Shown here: positions 34,246-39,411 of the stretch, in pieces
Position numbering within the stretch: position 1 is the first letter of the stretch
Layout of the letters: each line of letters begins with the position of its first letter
NCBI RefSeq assembly: GCF_001194135.2
Contig: NC_068990.1
Location: forward strand, 67,150,149-67,189,559
From: Octopus bimaculoides
Lineage: Eukaryota
Reading direction: 5' to 3'
DNA: 39,411 nt
Notes under the pieces: generated by a model
What the model was told of the DNA's origin: nothing
What the model saw: only the letters and a program-made list of their open reading frames with translations
Databases searched by the model: none
Position numbers and translations under genes: made by a program

Positions 34246-34894
34246 CTAGGGTTGCAAAAAATCAAACTAAGACTTACTTCTCATTGTTCTGTGTAAATAA
34301 TGTCTGGATGATCTGGTACCATGAGTTAATTTGATTGATAAAACTGAGATGTAAACAACAGCTGCTTTGATTAGCTATTTTGAATCCTACTTGAGACTGA
34401 CACATTTCAATAACCTCTAAATAATCACACACACTATATACTGATACAAACTTTCCATTTTATTTTCACTATTAACCATCCTCACGACCCCCTTTGTATC
34501 TACAATGGGCCATAAACTAACTATATGATGAAAATCCAGAGTTACTCATGACTGGTGAATTTTAGATAAAAATACGAAGGTGGTTTATCAATTAAAAAAT
34601 TGATATCCACGAAATAATCATACTTTCTGATTTTTTAATGCTAAAAACCTTCCTTTTTATGGTCTCTGTATTCCTCAAAATATTGTAACCATTGGTCCAG
34701 CCATCTAGCCATGAAGAGGGATCAAACAAAGCGATGGACAGACAGACATAACGCCCATTATAATAAGATAGCAAATCTGCCCATCTATAATGGAAATAAA
34801 GGGGTAGTATCACAAATCTAAATTCACGAACTATATGGAGGGAGGGGGGAATCCAGAGTTATTCCTCGTCACCAACCCTTTTCTTCATATCACA

Positions 34895-35005
34895 TGATTG
34901 TTGGTGATAGGAAGGGCATTCAATCATAAAAAAGATCTGCCTTCATAAACTTTGTCTGACCCATGCAAGGGTGGAAAATTGGTCATTAAAATGTTGGTGA
35001 AGCTG
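34895..35005 (+). mobile_element. RTE-type 3' tail (family B)
   Basis: ttggtgataggaagggcattc...gacccatgcaagggtggaaaattggtcattaaaa. Confidence 0.6.
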
Positions 35006-35057
35006 ATATGTGCGTATGCGTGTGTATGTATTAATGTTTGTTTTTATGCTCAGTTTT

Positions 35058-35281
35058 AATCCTTTCTACTATAGGCACAAGACCTGAAATTTTGGGGAGG
35101 GAATAGTTGATTACATCGACCCCAAGACTCAACTGGTACTTATTTTATCGACATCCCTCCCCACCAAAGGATAAAAGCCAAAGTTGACCCTGGTGGAATT
35201 TGAACTCAGAACGTAAGGATGGACGAAATGCTGCTAAGCATTTTGCCTAGTGTGCTAATGATTCTGCCAGCTCACTGCCTT
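35058..35281 (-). mobile_element. tRNA-derived SINE family M, near full length
   Basis: Reverse complement has A-box-like gctggcagaatc, B box gagttcaaattcc, central gtcaactttggcttttatcc...gtcgataaaataagtaccag, and tail gtgcctatagtagaaagg. Confidence 0.85.
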
Positions 35282-35667
35282 ATGGTCAGTTAAAATAAAA
35301 ACAATTTTACATTAATCTGATGGGTTATTCTATACTTTTGCACAATCCAAATTTATAATTCTCTTTCAAATATGTTGACAGTAACTACGAGGTTTTGGCC
35401 AGCTTAGACATCGTCACACTGCTCAATGATGGGTTAGGTGGCTGTAACTTCGGAGTCACTGTCAACAACATTCTTGTATGAGAGTTAGAAATATATATAT
35501 ATATATANNNNNNNNNNNNNNNNNNNNNNNNNNNNNNNNNNNNNNNNNNNNNNNNNNNNNNNNNNNNNNNNNNNNNNNNNNNNNNNNNNNNNNNNNNNNN
35601 NNNNNNNNNNNNNNNNNNNNNNNNNNNNNNNNNNNNNNNNNNNNNNNNNNNNNNNNNNNNNNNNNNN

Positions 35668-35737
35668 AATCAAAACCACAATCTTACGATCATGGCATGG
35701 TGCTGACACCCTAACCACTAATCCACGTGCCTCCACA
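35668..35737 (-). mobile_element. tRNA-derived SINE (family E) 5' head; remainder in the gap
   Basis: Reverse complement gtggaggcacgtggattagtggttagggtgtcagcacc...gatcgtaagattgtggttttgatt. Confidence 0.55.
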
Positions 35738-35738
35738 C

Positions 35739-35773
<35 letters not shown>

Positions 35774-36169
35774 TATATATTTATATATGTATACATACTT
35801 TCACACACAGAGGAGATAATAAATAAAGACTGAATTAAGGAATTACATTCTAAAGAAGTAAAATTAATATCTTGCCTCAGGATAAACCACAACAAAGTGT
35901 CTAGTTAAGAATCCTAAACTGTTAAACAGTTGACAGAATTTTATCCTGTCTTGCCACTAAATCATGGAATTTCTGTAATGGCAGGGCTGAATTATTGGTT
36001 GATTCCATTCCTTGAGGAACAAGAACTTTAAAGTTTATCGGTTGAGGAATGTCAACCATATTGTTAGATCAATTCTGTGGGATTACTGATTGATTTTGTA
36101 ATCAACTGATAAATAGCTGAACTAATAGATAAATAGATTGATGGATAATCAGTTAGCTAGGTGGATAGA

Positions 36170-36278
36170 GTTGAGTGTGCATGTGCTAGAGTGTATGTAT
36201 GTGTGTATGTGTGAATGAATGTATGTAGGACTGTATACAAATATACATATACACACACATACATATCACACATGTGTT

Positions 36279-36327
<49 letters not shown>

Positions 36328-36394
36328 GCATATATGAAAATATGTGTACGTGTATATGTATATGTACATCACACCTAACACTCATATATATATA

Positions 36395-36453
<59 letters not shown>

Positions 36454-36480
36454 ATATATATATATATACGTGTGTGTATG
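36170..36480. repeat. Compound (TA)n/(CA)n/(TATG)n microsatellite
   Basis: Directly visible. Confidence 0.9.
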
Positions 36481-37057
36481 CAGAAATTGCTTCGTCATTT
36501 ATCAATTTATTACTCTTTTTCTCTCTTTCTTTATCTCCATATGTCTGTCTGTCTGTCTTTCTCACTCTCCCCACACATACACACACACATTTAGAAGAAC
36601 AAAGAGGGAAAGAAAGTGAGAAAGTATGGTTGGATAATTGATAAATGGGTTTCTAATTTCTTAGTTAAGCTGAAAGTATTGGACAAGTAATGTTAAATGC
36701 TATTGTTGTCCTATGCTAGATTACATTCGTTGATCAAGGATTTTAAACCCTTCACACCTGAGACACTATTTTATTATCTTCTCTATTCAGGTAGCTAACC
36801 CACTTAGTAAGATCATTAGTGATTTCTTAATTAGACATGAAGTTTGTAGCCAATTCTGCCCAGAGGCACAAAACAGTTCATGTGATGCTATACAAACACT
36901 TGACATGGCTACCTTGACAATAATAACACTAATGTTCTAGGCTTTTAAATAAGTAAATAAATGACCAACTATGATGACACTCAAGAAATAATTCATCAGC
37001 TGCTAACTTCAGGAGAGAAATAGGGATTAACATGTCATCTGTAGACCAAGCCATTCT

Positions 37058-37185
37058 AGGAATGATACCCAGCCATAGAACCTTACCAAAGCAGACATTA
37101 GAGCTTGATACACTCAAGTCCATGCAAGAAAGAAAAAACAAAATGGAAGAAGGATGTTAATGGATAATAATGATGCTGATGATAT
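37058..37185 (+). mobile_element. Degenerate RTE-type 3' tail
   Basis: cccagccatagaaccttaccaaagcagacatt...atggaagaaggatgttaa...(gat)n. Confidence 0.4.
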
Positions 37186-37544
37186 ACATATATAACAAGC
37201 AAAGTAGCTAGTTAGAAAATCTCTGTAAGAAATGAAAGTAGTAACTATACTGAAAAGTAATGTTTATCACCACTTCAACATGGCTGTTCAGACGTTTCTA
37301 CCCCAGGAGGACACCTCTTCCAGCTGGTTATCAATGCAATCTGCATCTGATATATATTGCAAGCAATATAGAAAAATAAGTGACAATCAGTCACTGATCT
37401 TGCAACATGTGAAGTAGCTAGTTATATACATACATACACACAGACAAACAGATAGATAGTTACATAGATATGGATATATATATAGATAGATATATATTCA
37501 TATATACATATAACTGTTTGCATTATAAGATTACATACATCTTA

Positions 37545-37667
37545 GGCATGTGCTTTCAAGTTCAGTCCCACTGTGTGGTACCCCGGGCAAGTGTCTTCCA
37601 CTACAGCCCTGAGCTGAACAAAGGCTTATGAGTGGATTTGGTAGATGGAACCTGAAAGAAGCCTTTT

Positions 37668-37698
<31 letters not shown>
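37545..37698 (+). mobile_element. SINE family C 5' half ending in (GT)n
   Basis: agttcagtcccactgtgtggtaccccgggcaagtgtcttcc...gagtggatttggtagatggaacctgaaagaagcc. Confidence 0.8.
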
Positions 37699-37702
<4 letters not shown>

Positions 37703-38229
37703 AATTTGCAAAGCATGCCACTTATTTCAAGTTTCAGCCTATAATTCCAGTCTTACAGAAATACATACATTTCAGGTAAAATAATATCACAATATGCAAG
37801 CTGTTTGAAAATATATTCCTTTCTCTGTTCTCCCCTTTATTTGTGAATGTACCACTTCAATTGGCCTTGTTTTTCTCATACACCTCATCGTACTTGTCAG
37901 TTTCTACTTGCTGTCTTCTTGGCACTCAACTCAGCTTGTTTATAAGTGCACCAATTCAACTGACCTGTGACTTGGTACTAACTCGAACCAAAAAATACTT
38001 CCCCCACTACTTCACCCCTCCACTCTTTTTTTCAGAACTTTCTTATTTATATTTCTGTCTCTAAATAACTAAATTAAATAAGTCTACTACTATTTGCCAA
38101 GAAAGAACATCAATAATTTCCTCAAATTTTGCTAACTACACTTATCCAAGATGACTGAAAAGAGACTAAAATTTGGAAGTGAAGGTAGTATTATATAAAG
38201 AAGCTATATAAAGATTTAGAGTAGACAAG

Positions 38230-38436
38230 AACCCATTAGCATTCAGATTACTCAATCCACATTGTTTTGAATTAATCATGTGCTAACTTGTAGATCTGAG
38301 ATTTCGATGGTGTAATTGTTTATGATTTGAATGACATTGTCGAGTACATGTGAGAGGTCAGATCTGGCCAGTTTGGACATAAAACAGGTAAAACATTTTG
38401 GGTCAGATATGACCAGTTTATATGTTAAAGGGTTAA
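38230..38436. mobile_element. TTAA-ended (piggyBac-like) MITE, second family
   Basis: Left aaCCCATTAGCAT, right ATGTTAAAGGG|TTAA: CCC...GGG termini, left TTAA mutated. Confidence 0.55.
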
Positions 38437-38674
38437 ACTCGATGATTTTCAAAGTTTAGTGGAAGTTCTAAAGCAGTTACCTCATTGAAAACTTGGACAT
38501 CATTTCATTTTTTTTTTACAAATCTGAAGTGATGCTTAAATGCATCACTTCAGATAATAAGCCTTTGATGTGTGTACATATAATGTATACTAATAAACAT
38601 AACAGTCACTGAAGTGAAAGCTAAAATTTTTCATTATAATTTGAACGAATTTGAAGATGCATCTACTGAAAAGA

Positions 38675-39111
38675 CTTTTCTTCTTTTATTATTTTAGTTG
38701 TTTCAGTCATTTGACTGGAGCCAAGCTGGAGCACTGCCTTTAGTCAAAACAAATCGACCCCAGGACATGTTCTTTGTAAGCCTAGTACTTATTCTATTGG
38801 TCTGTTTTGCTGAACTGCTAAGTTATGGGGGACGTGAATACACCAACATTGGTTGTCAAACGATGGGGGAGGGGACACAGACACAGACACAGACACACAC
38901 ATATATATATATACAATGGGCTTCTTTCAGCTTCCATCTACCAAATCCACTCACTAGGCTTTGGTCAGCCTGAGGCTATAGCAGAAGACAAGACACTTGT
39001 GCAAGGTGTCATGCAGTGGGACTGAACCCAGAACTATGTAGTTGGTAAGCAAGCTACTAACCACACAACCATTCTGTGCCTATACTTACCACACAGTCAC
39101 TCCTGCGCCTA
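38675..39111 (-). mobile_element. SINE family C (CORE-type, OR1/OR2-like), full length, duplicated 5' end
   Basis: Reverse complement has A-box-like head gtgtggt, B box gggttcagtccc, CORE-like caccttgcacaagtgtctt, a (TA)/(GT) linker and 3' half ending atgactgaaacaa. Confidence 0.9.
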
Positions 39112-39159
39112 TTATTAGTAAAAATTATTTTGCAAGATTTGTGATGCTCCATATTCCTA

Positions 39160-39411
39160 TACTCTCTTACTTGTTTCAGTCATTTGACTGTGGCCATGCT
39201 GGAGCTCCACTTTAAAGGGATTTTAGTCGAAGACGTCAATCCCAGGACTTATTCTTTGTAAGCCTAGTTCTTATTCCATCAGTTTCATTTATCTGAACTG
39301 CTAATTTATGAGACATAAACACAGCAGCATTGGTTGTCACGAGAGCGTGGTGGTGGTGGTGGTGGTGGTGGTAAGGAACAAATACAGACACAAAGACACA
39401 CACACACACAT
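39160..39411 (-). mobile_element. SINE family C 3' half, running off the window edge
   Basis: tgtttcagtcatttgactgtggccatgctggagc...ccaggacttattctttgtaagcctag. Confidence 0.85.

Noticed and set aside
38980-39111. tRNA genes (also 35180-35281 and 35668-35737)
   Set aside because: A/B-box-like motifs are present, but they are heads of multi-copy SINEs and I could not fold a full cloverleaf.

Overview
AT-rich, microsatellite-laden eukaryotic DNA with 9 assembly gaps (1038-1230, 8971-9393, 12345-12750, 15900-16024, 16573-16779, 20826-20835, 30289-30298, 31213-31902, 35508-35667). The repeat repertoire looks like an octopus (cephalopod) genome; this is inferred from recalled SINE/LINE families, not from a search. 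One convincing host exon is visible: a 177-nt phase 1-1 minus-strand exon (2215-2391) encoding one complete Sushi/CCP domain, so most of the window is probably intron or upstream flank of a Sushi-domain gene. The rest is mostly mobile DNA: an RTE-clade LINE whose reverse transcriptase carries an internal C4HC3 PHD finger, many short elements sharing the RTE 3' tail, three tRNA-derived SINE families (labelled C, M, E here), a decayed DD37E (TRT-type) Tc1/mariner transposase bracketed by 65-bp inverted repeats, Dong/R4-type restriction-like-endonuclease LINE ends clustered in (AAT)n arrays, a Helitron 3' end, and pogo-, hAT-, mariner- and TTAA-type MITEs. Most entries in the ORF track are artefacts of microsatellites or N runs. 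No CRISPR, rRNA or intact tRNA gene is supported.
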